From the NCBI GenBank assembly GCA_003649205.1, contig QMRC01000003.1, positions 227,429-291,428 on the forward strand: 64,000 nt of DNA. The letters run 5' to 3'. This document shows positions 28,823 through 39,921 of this stretch, piece after piece. The translations under genes and the position numbers were made by a program. Source of the DNA: Thermoprotei archaeon. GTDB lineage: Archaea > Thermoproteota > Thermoprotei > Thermoproteales > B15-G16. The stretch's first letter is position 1; the number at the start of each line of letters is the position of its first letter. Under the pieces are notes generated by a model, which saw only the letters and a program-made list of their open reading frames with translations, searched no databases and was not told where the DNA came from.

Positions 28823-30266
28823 CTTCTCGACCTCTCCTATATTTTGGATGGTACCTCTCTATTAGCTCAGGTCTAATCAGTTTGAGCTCCTCTTCCGGTA
28901 ACATAGCTAGTAGGTCCCAAGCTAGATCTAGAGTATCCTCAATGGATCTCCTCTCATACTCTCCCTGGTTGATGAACTTCCTCTCAAATACGTCAGCAAA
29001 CTCTAGGTACTTCTTATCTCTTGGACTTAGTGCTTCCATGCCAACAATAGATGCTATCTCTCTCAGGTGACAGCCTTCAGCGTATGCTGCGTAGAGCTGT
29101 CTAAATACGTATGGGTGATCTTCTCGTGTCTTTCCTTCACCAATCCCTTCCTTCATTAGTCTCGAGAGTGATAGGAACACATCAACTGGTGGGTAGATCC
29201 CCTTTCTCTGTAGGTCTCTAGACAGCACTATCTGTCCTTCAGTTATGTAACCAGTGAGGTCAGGTATTGGGTGTGTTATATCGTCATCTGGCATCGTCAG
29301 TATTGGCATTATCGTTATTGAGCCTTTCTTACCCCATATCCTACCTGCTCTCTCGTATATGGTAGCTAGGTCTGTATACATGTAACCTGGGTAACCTCTC
29401 CTACCTGGAACCTCCTCTCTCGCTGCAGATATCTCTCTCAGTGCCTCACAGTAGTTTGTCATGTCTGTGAGTATCACTAGTACGTGCATATCATGGTACC
29501 ATGCTAGGTACTCAGCTGCTGTTAAAGCTGCTCTTGGAGTTGCTATTCTCTGAATGACAGGATCCGCTGCTGTATTTATGAAGACTATTGTCCTATCTAG
29601 GATACCTGCCTCTTTGAAGTTCCTTATGAAGAATGCTGCATCGTCATACGTAACACCTATAGCTGCGAAGACTACGGCGAACTTCTCCTCCTTACCTCTT
29701 ACAGTTGCTTGTCTCACTATCTGTGCGGCTATCCTATTGTGTGGTAGTCCTGAACCTGAGAATATTGGTAACTTCTGACCTCTAACAAGTGAGTTAAGAC
29801 CATCTATAGCTGATATACCTGTCTCAATGAATTCAGAAGGAGGCATTCTCGCTGCTGGATTAATTGGTGCACCGTTGATATCTAGGTACTCTTCAGGTAC
29901 TATCGGTGGTCCGCCATCTATTGGTCTACCGAGACCGTCGAAGATTCTACCCAACATATCTAGTGATACAGGTAGCTTAAGGGTTTCTCCTCTAAACCTT
30001 ACACGGCACTTCACCATATCGACTTCACTTACACCACCGAATACCTGAATCACAGTGACGTCCTTACTAACATCAATTACTTGACCGTACCTAACTTCAC
30101 CACTACCTAGCTCAACCTCAACTATCTCGCCGTACTTAACACCTGGAACAGTCTCAACAAGGAGTAGAGAACCTTTTGTAGCTCTTAGAGATGAGGTTTC
30201 CCTATAGCACAGAGGTACCTTAGGTACCTCCATAGTACTCATACTACCCAACACCTCCTGCACCAA
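28791..30266 (-). CDS. atpB: A/V-type ATP synthase subunit B
   Basis: [45 protein letters not shown]. Confidence 0.97.
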   Translation of the reverse strand: MVQEVLGSMSTMEVPKVPLCYRETSSLRATKGSLLLVETVPGVKYGEIVEVELGSGEVRYGQVIDVSKDVTVIQVFGGVSEVDMVKCRVRFRGETLKLPVSLDMLGRIFDGLGRPIDGGPPIVPEEYLDINGAPINPAARMPPSEFIETGISAIDGLNSLVRGQKLPIFSGSGLPHNRIAAQIVRQATVRGKEEKFAVVFAAIGVTYDDAAFFIRNFKEAGILDRTIVFINTAADPVIQRIATPRAALTAAEYLAWYHDMHVLVILTDMTNYCEALREISAAREEVPGRRGYPGYMYTDLATIYERAGRIWGKKGSITIMPILTMPDDDITHPIPDLTGYITEGQIVLSRDLQRKGIYPPVDVFLSLSRLMKEGIGEGKTREDHPYVFRQLYAAYAEGCHLREIASIVGMEALSPRDKKYLEFADVFERKFINQGEYERRSIEDTLDLAWDLLAMLPEEELKLIRPELIERYHPKYRRGREAGSHTSSTQG

Positions 30267-32025
30267 ACTTACTACCTAACTCCATGAACTCTCTCTCAAG
30301 CTCCTTCTCGTACTCCTTAACCTTCTCAACAACCTCTTCATTCCTCATGAACTTCAACCTAGCTATAGTCGTCCTAATGGGTAACTTCCTAATCTCAGCA
30401 ACAGGAATACCGGAATCAACAGCTTTCACACCATGTTCATAGAACTTAATGATTATCCTCAACATAGAGTACGTCTTCTCAGGAGCTGAGTAACAGTCAA
30501 CTGGATCAAATGCGTCCTGCATCAAGAAATCCTCTCTAATCATCCTAGCAACTTCAAGAACTAACTTATCCCTCTCAGGAAGTACCTCAGGACCGACTAA
30601 CCTAACAATTTCCTGTAATTCAGCTTCCCTCTGAAGCAACTCCATAGCCTTATCTCTCAAGTACCTCCAATCCTTACCAACTCTCTCACCCCACCACCTC
30701 TCAACAGTATCAACGTACAGACTATAGCTGATTAACCAGTTGATTGCTGGGAAGTGCCTCCTATTTGCTAGAGCTACATCGAGAGCAAAGAGACATCTAA
30801 CGATTCTGAGTGTGTTTTGTGTAACCGGCTCACTGAAGTCCGCACCTGGTGGCGACACTGCACCAGCTATCGTTACTGAACCTATTCTCCTCGGATTACC
30901 CAGACACACTACCTTACCTGCTCTCTCGTAGAACGAAGCTAGCCTAGACCCTAGGTAAGCAGGGAATCCCTCTTCACCAGGCATCTCCTCTAACCTACCA
31001 CTAATCTCCCTCATTGCCTCCGCCCATCTAGATGTTGAGTCAGCAACTAGAAGCACATTGTAACCCATGTCCCTGAAGTACTCAGCAATTGTAACACCTA
31101 GGAATACACTGGTCTCTCTAGCTGCTACAGGCATATTCGATGTATTTGCTATGAAGATTGCCTTCTCTCTAAGAGGTCTTCCGGATCTTGGATCTCTTAA
31201 CCTGAGAAAGCTGTGAAGTGCATCGGCCATCTCATTGCCTCTCTCACCACAACCAACATATATGTGGATCTGTGCATCAGCCCACTTAGCGAAGGTCTGT
31301 AGTAGAACTGTCTTACCTGTACCGAAACCCCCAGGTACAGCTGCCGTACCACCCTTAGCTAATGGAAATAACATATCTATAACCCTGACTCCTGTTATCA
31401 ACGGCTCATCTGGATCAAGTCTCTGTACATAGGGTCTCGGCTTCCTTATAGGCCACAGCTGGTACATCTTGACCTCATACTTCTCACTACCACGCTCTAC
31501 AATAGCTACAGGTTCCTCAATTGTGTAATCACCTTCAGGAACAACCTCCTTAACAACACCGTAGATACCTGGTGGAACCATTATCTTGTGCTCAACAAGT
31601 GGAGTCTCTTGAACAATACCGATGATATCTCCTTCACCTACCTTATCACCAACCTTCACAAGTGGTTTAAAGTGCCACTTCTTGTCCCTAGGGAGAGAGT
31701 ACTCCTTAACTCCTCTTCTAACGAAAGGACCCACTTTTTCAGTTAATACCGATAACGGTCTCTGTAATCCATCGTAGACCGTGCCAATGATTCCTGGACC
31801 TAATTCAGCACAAAGAGGTCTACCTGTACCAACTACCTTATCACCAACACTTAGACCTGAAGTATCTTCATATACCTGAATTATTGCTCTATCACCATCA
31901 AGACCAATTACCTCACCAATTAACCTATCCTCACCAACCTCAACAACTTCGTAAACCTGAACACCCCTCATACCTTCAGCAATCACTAGAGGTCCTGAGA
32001 TCCTATATATTCGACCAACTACCAC
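30244..32025 (-). CDS. atpA: A/V-type ATP synthase subunit A (no intein)
   Basis: GGFGTGKT Walker [33 protein letters not shown]. Confidence 0.97.
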   Translation of the reverse strand: MVVGRIYRISGPLVIAEGMRGVQVYEVVEVGEDRLIGEVIGLDGDRAIIQVYEDTSGLSVGDKVVGTGRPLCAELGPGIIGTVYDGLQRPLSVLTEKVGPFVRRGVKEYSLPRDKKWHFKPLVKVGDKVGEGDIIGIVQETPLVEHKIMVPPGIYGVVKEVVPEGDYTIEEPVAIVERGSEKYEVKMYQLWPIRKPRPYVQRLDPDEPLITGVRVIDMLFPLAKGGTAAVPGGFGTGKTVLLQTFAKWADAQIHIYVGCGERGNEMADALHSFLRLRDPRSGRPLREKAIFIANTSNMPVAARETSVFLGVTIAEYFRDMGYNVLLVADSTSRWAEAMREISGRLEEMPGEEGFPAYLGSRLASFYERAGKVVCLGNPRRIGSVTIAGAVSPPGADFSEPVTQNTLRIVRCLFALDVALANRRHFPAINWLISYSLYVDTVERWWGERVGKDWRYLRDKAMELLQREAELQEIVRLVGPEVLPERDKLVLEVARMIREDFLMQDAFDPVDCYSAPEKTYSMLRIIIKFYEHGVKAVDSGIPVAEIRKLPIRTTIARLKFMRNEEVVEKVKEYEKELEREFMELGSKFGAGGVG

Positions 32026-32037
32026 ATTGATACACCT

Positions 32038-32376
32038 CTAAATCTCAACTTCGAAGCCTATAGTTCTCCTATGTAAATCCTTATACACTTTACGTGCATC
32101 ATAGCCAGCAACCTCGGTTATCCCAGGTAAGAAAACAACAATGGGTGTGAGCTTACCCCGTACCCTCTCAAGCAGATCAGCAACAGCACCCCTATACCTC
32201 TCCTCAACAACTACAACACCAACATCATCCCTCTCAAGAATCTCTTCAAGAGCCTTCCTAGCACTAGCTACATCATAGACCTCGTAATACAATTCAGCGC
32301 CCGCAAACCTCATGACAGAGACCAGAGCTTTACCACCGATAACACATAGCTTGACCTCACGAGCAATAGCCCTCAC
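32038..32376 (-). CDS. atpF: A/V-type ATP synthase subunit F
   Basis: VIG....V..MRFAG, RRTIG C-terminus; operon position. Confidence 0.8.
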   Translation of the reverse strand: MRAIAREVKLCVIGGKALVSVMRFAGAELYYEVYDVASARKALEEILERDDVGVVVVEERYRGAVADLLERVRGKLTPIVVFLPGITEVAGYDARKVYKDLHRRTIGFEVEI

Positions 32377-32382
32377 TAAACA

Positions 32383-33447
32383 TCACCTCCTTCTCGGAGA
32401 AAGTAGGAGACTTGAAATCAAAGTTCTCAACACCTTAACCTCCATCTCCTTAAGCATCATTACAGATACAACATCAGAAATCGTGAACTGTGGTCTCTTA
32501 GCTACATACTCAACAATACCCAGGAAGTATTCCTCAACACAACGTTCAAAATCAGTAACCTCACGGACTCTAGCCCTAGACAACTCGCTGTACACCGTTT
32601 CACGAAGTACTCTAGCAAAATCACTAACAGCAATACTAATGAGCTTACTAACCTCACGATCACTAAGCAAGTAACCAGACCTAGGGATAGCTCTCGATAG
32701 TATGTGCTCCTCAACACCCATAACCTTGCACCTAAGTACATTCAACATGAGCTTCAGATCATACTCAACACCAGAGAGAAACTCAAGTACTGGATCGCCG
32801 CAATCCCTCAAATCACAGACATACTGCCAATAAAGTCTAGACTCAATAGGTAGTATGTAGCTAATATCCTTAACCTCTGGGGCCAACTCCTCAATTAGAT
32901 CACCATACCTACCTAAGCCACATTCACGAAGTAACTCAACTAAATCATTAACACTAGCTACTTCACACAACTTAGCTAGCAACCCCCTACTCTCAATAAC
33001 ACCAAGAGGAACAAGATCTTCAACTCTAATCCTAGCACCAGTAACTAGTGAGGTTAAGGAGATGACTATGTTATGTAGGTCATACCTCCTAAGGTAGGTA
33101 TAGATCCTAGATCTCCACTTCTTAGGAATACGACTCATAAGGTAGTGTATTGTGGAAACTAGGTGGGACCACAAAGCCTTAGAGATCTCACCAAAGTTAG
33201 ATCTCTCTATATGGCTGAGAACCACCTTACCGATTTCAGTACCCTTAATAACGGGTATCAACTCTTCAACACTACTCAACCTACCAATCAACCTATGTAG
33301 CGCCTTAACATCACACAACTTACTGAGTACACATTGAGAAGCTGCTGTTGCTGGTACAATATCGGACCTACCTAACCTACATCGATACATTAGTGTATTG
33401 ACTATAGCATACACAGAACTTGGTTTACCGTAGCACTGAAACACCAT
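32383..33447 (-). CDS. atpC: A/V-type ATP synthase subunit C (divergent)
   Basis: RYDLHNI, KEMEVKVLR; size and position between E and F. Confidence 0.75.
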   Translation of the reverse strand: MVFQCYGKPSSVYAIVNTLMYRCRLGRSDIVPATAASQCVLSKLCDVKALHRLIGRLSSVEELIPVIKGTEIGKVVLSHIERSNFGEISKALWSHLVSTIHYLMSRIPKKWRSRIYTYLRRYDLHNIVISLTSLVTGARIRVEDLVPLGVIESRGLLAKLCEVASVNDLVELLRECGLGRYGDLIEELAPEVKDISYILPIESRLYWQYVCDLRDCGDPVLEFLSGVEYDLKLMLNVLRCKVMGVEEHILSRAIPRSGYLLSDREVSKLISIAVSDFARVLRETVYSELSRARVREVTDFERCVEEYFLGIVEYVAKRPQFTISDVVSVMMLKEMEVKVLRTLISSLLLSPRRR

Positions 33448-33452
33448 GGGCT

Positions 33453-34061
33453 TTATCCCTGAAAGAGCAACTTAGCTATATGAGGAAGCAATTTACTTCT
33501 AACCTGCTTCAACCTAGCATCATAAGTATTAACTATCTTGACCTTACCATCTAGAGTCTCAACAACTACACCACCATCAATATCATCTCTAGGTATGACC
33601 TCAGCAATGAACTTACCAACCTCTAAATTACTTCTCAACCGCTCTACAACCTCTAGATCCCTTTTACTAACGTAAATTCTAACACCTGTACCCTCACCAA
33701 CCTCCTTAATGGATTCAAGTATTAGGTTCCTCAGTGAGTTCTCAACATTAAAACCTCTCCTCTCTCGAAGACAACTTTCAACCTCTCTCATCAACTCATC
33801 GAGTATCTTCACCTTCTCACTAGTAATCTTCAAGTACGATTCTCTCCTAGCTTCAGCAATCTTCCTACTAGCTTCAGCTCTGTACTCCTTAATCACCCTC
33901 TCTTTCTCCTCCTTAATCCTTTCACTACGCCTACGTTCGGCCTCCTCAATAATCTTCTTAGCTTCCTCCTCAGCTCTCTCAATAATCTTCTTAGCTTCCT
34001 TCTTAGCTTTCTCCAGTACAGCTGATATTACCTTATCAATACCTGTACTCACGAAGTTCAC
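33453..34061 (-). CDS. atpE: A/V-type ATP synthase subunit E
   Basis: N-terminal coiled coil, GGVVVETLDG...NTYDARL, IAKLLF. Confidence 0.88.
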   Translation of the reverse strand: MNFVSTGIDKVISAVLEKAKKEAKKIIERAEEEAKKIIEEAERRRSERIKEEKERVIKEYRAEASRKIAEARRESYLKITSEKVKILDELMREVESCLRERRGFNVENSLRNLILESIKEVGEGTGVRIYVSKRDLEVVERLRSNLEVGKFIAEVIPRDDIDGGVVVETLDGKVKIVNTYDARLKQVRSKLLPHIAKLLFQG

Positions 34062-34529
34062 CTACCACCCAATCAATGTGAATCCGAGCAGCGTGAATAC
34101 CATAGCAAGTATTGCGAATAGCTCAATGTACACGATCAGCATGAGGTACTCAGGTGGCATGGTACCAGCTCTAGGTAGAGATGATATTGCATTAGCAGCT
34201 GCCTTACCTTGGTATATAGCTGAGATCAGTTCAACGATACCACACCCTGCACCTAATGCAGCTACCATAGATGCAGTACCCAGTGTTATCGTAGCTGCCT
34301 TAACCTTACTGAGTATGGTGAAGTATATTATGAAGCTATAGAAGCACTGTGTCATAGGTAGTGAAGTTAGCACTATAACGTTTCTTGCTTGTCTCCTATC
34401 TTCTGTAATCACTGCTAATCCAGCGAATACAGCAATAGCGACGCCAATAGCTGAACCTATTGAACCCATAGCTAGTACAGAACTAGCTGTGAGAGCGGTT
34501 AATAGGAGTGCTAATGTGGTGGCTTCCAT
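34062..34529 (-). CDS. atpK: A/V-type ATP synthase proteolipid subunit K/c (duplicated, 4 TM)
   Basis: GSIGSAIG, LPMTQCFY, SAIYQG, YIELFA. Confidence 0.9.
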   Translation of the reverse strand: MEATTLALLLTALTASSVLAMGSIGSAIGVAIAVFAGLAVITEDRRQARNVIVLTSLPMTQCFYSFIIYFTILSKVKAATITLGTASMVAALGAGCGIVELISAIYQGKAAANAISSLPRAGTMPPEYLMLIVYIELFAILAMVFTLLGFTLIGW

Positions 34530-34547
34530 AGAGGTCCCAAGTAGGTT

Positions 34548-36524
34548 TCACTGACTAGGTTTTAAGTGTATTCTTTTGACTGTTGTGATCTTCAGTGGCG
34601 TGTATTCTATTCCTCCACCTTCGTAGAACTTGGTCAAGAATTCGACGAAGCACAGTCTAAGTGAGTGGGCAAAGCAACCTATAGCGCTGAGTGCTAGGAA
34701 TAGTATGTGAACAGGTATTAGTAGTGCAGTAGCTACAATTATACCAAGACCAAGACCTACGACAGGTACTGATGCCGCTATGGCATTGGCTAGTAAGCTA
34801 CCTATTATGTTCATGCTCCTAGCTAGATAGTACGTTGAAAGTGCTAATCCAGCAATTCTACAGTATGAAAGTACATCACCTAGTAGACCTGTTAGGTCGA
34901 ATACCCACGATATGACACCCATACCCTTGTTCGTGATTATGTGACTTAGTATGAGTAGTCCGAGAGCGAGGTATATACCGGTTACTAGGTTAGATGGTTC
35001 GACGGGTAGTGGGAGATTGATCTTCAGAAGTTTAGTGATGACGTATGGTATGCCGAATAGCTGAAGGAGAAATAGTGCCATCTTGTTTATTGCTAATCCC
35101 CAATTCTTCATAATCATAGCTCTTCTCATGGCTAGTGCATGAGCTAGATCGACGTGAAGTAAACCGATAAGTAGTGAGAGCGCTATTAAGAATCCTGGGT
35201 CTGTCATCTGCTTCACTATGGCTAAGTTCACCTCATGACCAATTATGACACTCGGATCTCCTAAGTACGTACCTGAGAGCACGCCAAATACCATAGCTGA
35301 TATCGCTGCTATCATCAACATCCTCTTAAAGAGCTTAAACCCTTCACTCTCTGGATTTTCAACCAGTTTATCGAGTACGAAGAGTGCTGCAATAAGTAAC
35401 CCAGCACCATAAACGACGTCACATAGCATCAGTCCGTAGAATACCGTGAATGAGTATGCTAGTACAGGTGTAGGATCCCAATCTCCATACCTCGGTACGC
35501 CGTAGAGCTTAGTTAAGAGTTCAAAGGGCTTTACTGCTCTAGGATTTCTCATCTTTGTTGGTGCATCCTTAGCAACTTCATAACTTATGTAGTAGGGAAT
35601 CTTCGATTCTTCGAGAAATCTTGTGAAGTTACTGAACTCCGATACTGGTACCCAACCCCTAACGTAGTTTAGGTACTGTGTTGTAGCTAGCTGAAGAATA
35701 GCTCTCAATCTCTCAATCTTAATCAACAGTAGTTCTCTGACCTTAACTAGGTCCTCAATATTATTCTCGACGACTGACGATATTTCATTTCTGAGCTTGA
35801 TTTCAAGTTCTTGAAGTTCCTTAATCCTTGTACTTAACACATTGAAGTACTCAGAAATGCTGAGTTCAAGTTTCGGTAACTTAACAAGCTTACCACCTAA
35901 CTCCTCAATTAACTTCAGCAACTTATCGTAATCCTCCCTACTACCTGCAATCACAGCAAATACTTTCTCACCATAGGACCCAACATGTACGATAACACTT
36001 TCACGAAGGTACTTAGCTAGTGAAGTAGTGAATCCCTCAAAAGCTGACTTAGGTACACACACTACAACGCAGTACACATACTTGGTAACGATATCTAGAT
36101 CACGTAACTTAGCATTTAACTCACGAAGAGCGTAAACAACCTCATACGTACTACGTAACTCATCCAACTCTCTAGCTAAATTCCTCAGTCTGGAGTCAAT
36201 TTCCTCAATTTCAGAAACTACCTTCTCAATCTTAGGTAGAAGTCTCTTAAGCTCCTCATCAATACTGTACACGAAACGAATCTCAATTACTTTCTCCTCA
36301 CGAAAAAGAGCAATTACAGAATTCAATTTCTCTAAGAGCTTACTAAACCTAGTTATCTCATTCTCAATCTCCTTACGAGCCTCAGCAGGTACCTCCTCCT
36401 TTACCTCAGCTAGATGGAGAACACCACTTCTATGCACGTACTCCATCAGTACATCACGGAAGTCTCTAGGGACAACTAACGTGATCCAGTACATGTCCTC
36501 TGGTCGAGAGATGAGAATAGGCAT
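34548..36524 (-). CDS. atpI: A/V-type ATP synthase subunit I/a
   Basis: GWVP, PTKMRNP, YGVPRYGDWDPT, DVLSYCRI, HSLRLCFVEF. Confidence 0.95.
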   Translation of the reverse strand: MPILISRPEDMYWITLVVPRDFRDVLMEYVHRSGVLHLAEVKEEVPAEARKEIENEITRFSKLLEKLNSVIALFREEKVIEIRFVYSIDEELKRLLPKIEKVVSEIEEIDSRLRNLARELDELRSTYEVVYALRELNAKLRDLDIVTKYVYCVVVCVPKSAFEGFTTSLAKYLRESVIVHVGSYGEKVFAVIAGSREDYDKLLKLIEELGGKLVKLPKLELSISEYFNVLSTRIKELQELEIKLRNEISSVVENNIEDLVKVRELLLIKIERLRAILQLATTQYLNYVRGWVPVSEFSNFTRFLEESKIPYYISYEVAKDAPTKMRNPRAVKPFELLTKLYGVPRYGDWDPTPVLAYSFTVFYGLMLCDVVYGAGLLIAALFVLDKLVENPESEGFKLFKRMLMIAAISAMVFGVLSGTYLGDPSVIIGHEVNLAIVKQMTDPGFLIALSLLIGLLHVDLAHALAMRRAMIMKNWGLAINKMALFLLQLFGIPYVITKLLKINLPLPVEPSNLVTGIYLALGLLILSHIITNKGMGVISWVFDLTGLLGDVLSYCRIAGLALSTYYLARSMNIIGSLLANAIAASVPVVGLGLGIIVATALLIPVHILFLALSAIGCFAHSLRLCFVEFLTKFYEGGGIEYTPLKITTVKRIHLKPSQ

Positions 36525-36829
36525 TACACATCACCACTCACAATCTTGAGAACATACACCTTCACAGATTCCCAATTCCTCTTAGCTTGCTCCCTAATCT
36601 TCTCAATGGTTCTCTCAGTTTCCTCACGAATCTTCTCAATCTCTCTACATGTCTCCTCATCAATTTTCCTAATCTCATCCTCAATACCAGAGATCTCGAT
36701 AGGTCTGCTCAGTAACTCGCTAGCTCTCTTTCTAGCCTCCTCAATTATCCCATTGGCTCTCTTTCTAGCCTCCTCAATAACTCTCCTAGCCTCCTCTTCA
36801 GCTCTCTTCAGCTCATCTACAAACGACAT
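36524..36829 (-). CDS. atpH: A/V-type ATP synthase subunit H/G
   Basis: AEEEARRVIEEARKRA coiled coil; first gene of the operon. Confidence 0.8.
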   Translation of the reverse strand: MSFVDELKRAEEEARRVIEEARKRANGIIEEARKRASELLSRPIEISGIEDEIRKIDEETCREIEKIREETERTIEKIREQAKRNWESVKVYVLKIVSGDV

Positions 36830-36840
36830 GTAGGTACCCA

Positions 36841-37431
36841 GTGGTCGCATATAGCTTTCAATATTTAACCTTTCTCGTGAAGAAACTAATGAGGTTACTT
36901 GACTTGACAGGAGTAATGGTATTTAGGTTAAGTGACGTAGAGAAGCTCGAAGGGTATCTACGTAGCTTGATTAGGGGCAAGAAGTACATAGTCATGTGTG
37001 TAGGTAATGTACTGAGGAGAGATGATGGAGTAGGGTCGTACGTAGGTAGTAAGCTACTTGACTACGGTCTTCAGGATGTGGTAATTAACTGTGAGATGTG
37101 TCCTGAAAACTACATCGGCAAACTCCTCAGCATCGACGTCGATTTAGTACTTGTGATTGATGCTCTCCTTGATGAGAGGTACAGTGTCGGTACTGTCATA
37201 GTGACGAAATTACCGACTGCAGTAGAGGACCTTATCCCTGTAACAACACATACAATACCCCTCAACTACCTTGTTAACGTAGTGAAGATGTTTAAATCAG
37301 ATACAGAGTTTTACTTACTCGGTATTGTTGTTCGAGATCTTGAATTTGGAGAGGGTCTCTCTCCTGAAGTTCATCAAGTAGCTGAAAAACTCATCAAGGT
37401 CTTGAAAAAGGTACTGAGTGAACATGGTTAA
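36841..37431 (+). CDS. Hydrogenase maturation protease (HycI-like); real start probably ~36917
   Basis: VGNVLRRDDGVG, IDA, TTH.IPL, FGEGLSPEV. Confidence 0.9.
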   Translation: MVAYSFQYLTFLVKKLMRLLDLTGVMVFRLSDVEKLEGYLRSLIRGKKYIVMCVGNVLRRDDGVGSYVGSKLLDYGLQDVVINCEMCPENYIGKLLSIDVDLVLVIDALLDERYSVGTVIVTKLPTAVEDLIPVTTHTIPLNYLVNVVKMFKSDTEFYLLGIVVRDLEFGEGLSPEVHQVAEKLIKVLKKVLSEHG

Positions 37432-37474
37432 CATTTATTAGGACATTGTCTAGTGTATGTAGCAGTGAAGTGAC

Positions 37475-37933
37475 ATGGCGCTACTCAGTAGGCTACGTAC
37501 ATGGGCACTCACTAGATCACCATGGATACTCCACTTCAATACCGGTGCATGCAATGCCTGTGACATCGAGGTTCTAGCAGCTCTCACACCTAGATTCGAT
37601 GTCGAGAGATTTGGCATACTACTCAAGGGATCACCGAGACATGCAGACATCCTAGTAGTCACTGGACCAGTCACAAGACAGTGCGCACCTAGATTGAGGA
37701 GAATATACGAGCAGATGCCTGAACCGAAGTTTGTAATTGCTGTAGGTACATGTGCCTGTAGTGGAGGTGCCTTTCAAGGTTGCTATGGTGTGTTAGGTGG
37801 TGTAGATAAGGTGATACCAGTCGACATGTACATTCCTGGGTGCCCACCTAGACCTGATGCTATTGTTGAAGGTATAGCTAAATTACTTGAGAAGTTGAGG
37901 AGAGGTGGTTCATCTGGTAGAGGTAGAGAGTGA
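37475..37933 (+). CDS. Group 4 [NiFe]-hydrogenase small subunit (NuoB/MbhJ-like)
   Basis: GACNACDIE, SPRHADILVVTG, GTCACSGG, IPGCPPRP. Confidence 0.92.
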   Translation: MALLSRLRTWALTRSPWILHFNTGACNACDIEVLAALTPRFDVERFGILLKGSPRHADILVVTGPVTRQCAPRLRRIYEQMPEPKFVIAVGTCACSGGAFQGCYGVLGGVDKVIPVDMYIPGCPPRPDAIVEGIAKLLEKLRRGGSSGRGRE

Positions 37934-38375
37934 GGTTGCTGAGTACCTACGTACTAAGCTAGGTGATAAATTATTTGGGGTAGCAACACCAAAGAAGTTG
38001 AGAGTCGTTGTGAGAGTTAGCTCAGATGCTGTTAAATCATGTATTAGAGCTATTCAGGAGAAGTTCGGTGATGTCCACTTAACTACGATAACAGGGTGTG
38101 ACCTAGGTGAGGAACTTGAGCTTACGTACCACCTACATCTGTACGCTAATAACGTACACATCATGGTCAAGACTAAGGTACCTAAGAGTGAGCCGAAAAT
38201 CGATACGATAACTGATGTCATACCTGGTGCAGTACTGTACGAGAGGGAAGTCTATGAGATGCTTGGTATACAGTTCATAGGTCATCCAAAGCTTGAGAGG
38301 TTGTTCCTACCAGATGATTGGCCTGAAGGAATTTACCCACTTAGGAAGGACTGGAGACCGGAGGGTCTAAAGTAG
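37905..38375 (+). CDS. Hydrogenase subunit, NuoC/MbhK-like
   Basis: YEREVYEMLGI.F.GHP, PLRKD. Confidence 0.9.
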   Translation: MVHLVEVESEVAEYLRTKLGDKLFGVATPKKLRVVVRVSSDAVKSCIRAIQEKFGDVHLTTITGCDLGEELELTYHLHLYANNVHIMVKTKVPKSEPKIDTITDVIPGAVLYEREVYEMLGIQFIGHPKLERLFLPDDWPEGIYPLRKDWRPEGLK

Positions 38376-39551
38376 ATGTCGACAATAGACCTGATACTAG
38401 GTCCCCAACACCCAGCATTTAAGGAACCAGAGAGGTTCCTCTTCAAAACTGAGGGCGAGATCGTAGTTGATGTTGAGCCAAGACTAGGCTACGTCCATAG
38501 AGGTATTGAGAAGGCATTCGAGATGAGGAACTACATTCAGGGACTCTACCTAGCTGAGAGAATATGTGGGATATGTAATGTAGCTCATACACTATGTTAC
38601 GCACAGGCAGCTGAGGAAGTCTACGGTGTTGAGGTACCACCAAGAGCTAGGTACCTTAGAGCTGTAATTCACGAACTCAATAGAATTCACAGTCACCTAC
38701 TGATAATTGGTGTAGCTGCTGAGTTAATTGGCTTTGACACTCTCTTCATGTTGATCTGGAGGGACCGTGAAATAGTGATGGATCTCGTAGAGATGATGAC
38801 TGGTAATAGAGTCATATCAGCATACATAACGATAGGTGGTGTTAGGAGAGACGTATCACCTGAATTCATTGAGAAAGCTAAGAAGATGCTCACTAAGCTA
38901 GAGGAGAGAGTTAAGTACTACAGGAAGGTATGGATTGAAGACCCAATCATTAGAGCTAGATGTGTTGAAGTTGGTAAATTGAGTAAGGCGGATGCTATTA
39001 AGTTGTGTGCAGTAGGTCCAACAGCTAGAGGCTCAGGTGTTAACTATGACGTTAGGAGACATAGACCATATGCAGCATACGACGAGATACCATTCAATGT
39101 AGTCCTACGTGAAGAAGGTGATGTATGGGCTAGAGTTCTCTGTAGAATAGATGAAACTCTCGAAGCAATAAATATCGTGAAGTACGCACTAGACCACCTA
39201 CCAAGTGGCGACATAAGGGTTAAGGTACCTATTAGACCACCACCAGGTGAGGGAGTAGCATTCGTAGAGGCACCTAGAGGAGAACTACTTCACCACGTAT
39301 ACAGCGATGGTACTGACAAACCATATAGGTGGAGAGTGAGAACACCAACCTACGCCAACATACCAGCGGTCTGCCACATGTTCAAAGGCTGCTACATAGC
39401 TGATATACCAGCAATACTAGTCTCAATAGACCCCTGCTTCTCCTGCACAGATAGAGTAACAATCCTCGACATAAGGACTAATGAGAGGAAAATCTTAACC
39501 TGGACACAACTCAAGAAGATGTTTAGAGAGTTCAGGAGGCCAAAGGCATGA
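38376..39551 (+). CDS. Group 4 [NiFe]-hydrogenase large subunit
   Basis: GPQHP, ERICGIC (L1), DPCFSCTDR (L2) followed by a cleavable C-terminal extension. Confidence 0.93.
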   Translation: MSTIDLILGPQHPAFKEPERFLFKTEGEIVVDVEPRLGYVHRGIEKAFEMRNYIQGLYLAERICGICNVAHTLCYAQAAEEVYGVEVPPRARYLRAVIHELNRIHSHLLIIGVAAELIGFDTLFMLIWRDREIVMDLVEMMTGNRVISAYITIGGVRRDVSPEFIEKAKKMLTKLEERVKYYRKVWIEDPIIRARCVEVGKLSKADAIKLCAVGPTARGSGVNYDVRRHRPYAAYDEIPFNVVLREEGDVWARVLCRIDETLEAINIVKYALDHLPSGDIRVKVPIRPPPGEGVAFVEAPRGELLHHVYSDGTDKPYRWRVRTPTYANIPAVCHMFKGCYIADIPAILVSIDPCFSCTDRVTILDIRTNERKILTWTQLKKMFREFRRPKA

Positions 39552-39892
39552 GACTACCTGCAATAATTAAGGAAACATTTTCTAACCTCTTTAGAAAACC
39601 AGCAACAGTGAAGGTACCTATTGAGGAGAAGCTACCACCAGCACCAGGGTACAGAGGAGTACCCAGAGTAGACTACAGTAAGTGCACTGGATGTGGTCTC
39701 TGTGCTAGGTATTGCCCATCATTTGCCATAGAGCTAATTACCAAAGATAAGAGGAGGTACCCAGTATTCCACATATACCGCTGCATATTCTGTCACCAAT
39801 GTGTAGAGGTCTGTCCAGTAAAAGCCATTAAGCCAACAGAAGAGTACGAGCTATCTACTGATAGACCAAGTGATCTCATTATCAAACCTTGA
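39548..39892 (+). CDS. 2x[4Fe-4S] subunit, NuoI/MbhN-like
   Basis: CTGCGLCARYCP and CIFCHQCVEVCP. Confidence 0.9.
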   Translation: MRLPAIIKETFSNLFRKPATVKVPIEEKLPPAPGYRGVPRVDYSKCTGCGLCARYCPSFAIELITKDKRRYPVFHIYRCIFCHQCVEVCPVKAIKPTEEYELSTDRPSDLIIKP

Positions 39893-39921
39893 GAGTAGAT
39901 TTAAAGCCTTAGGTACCTTAC

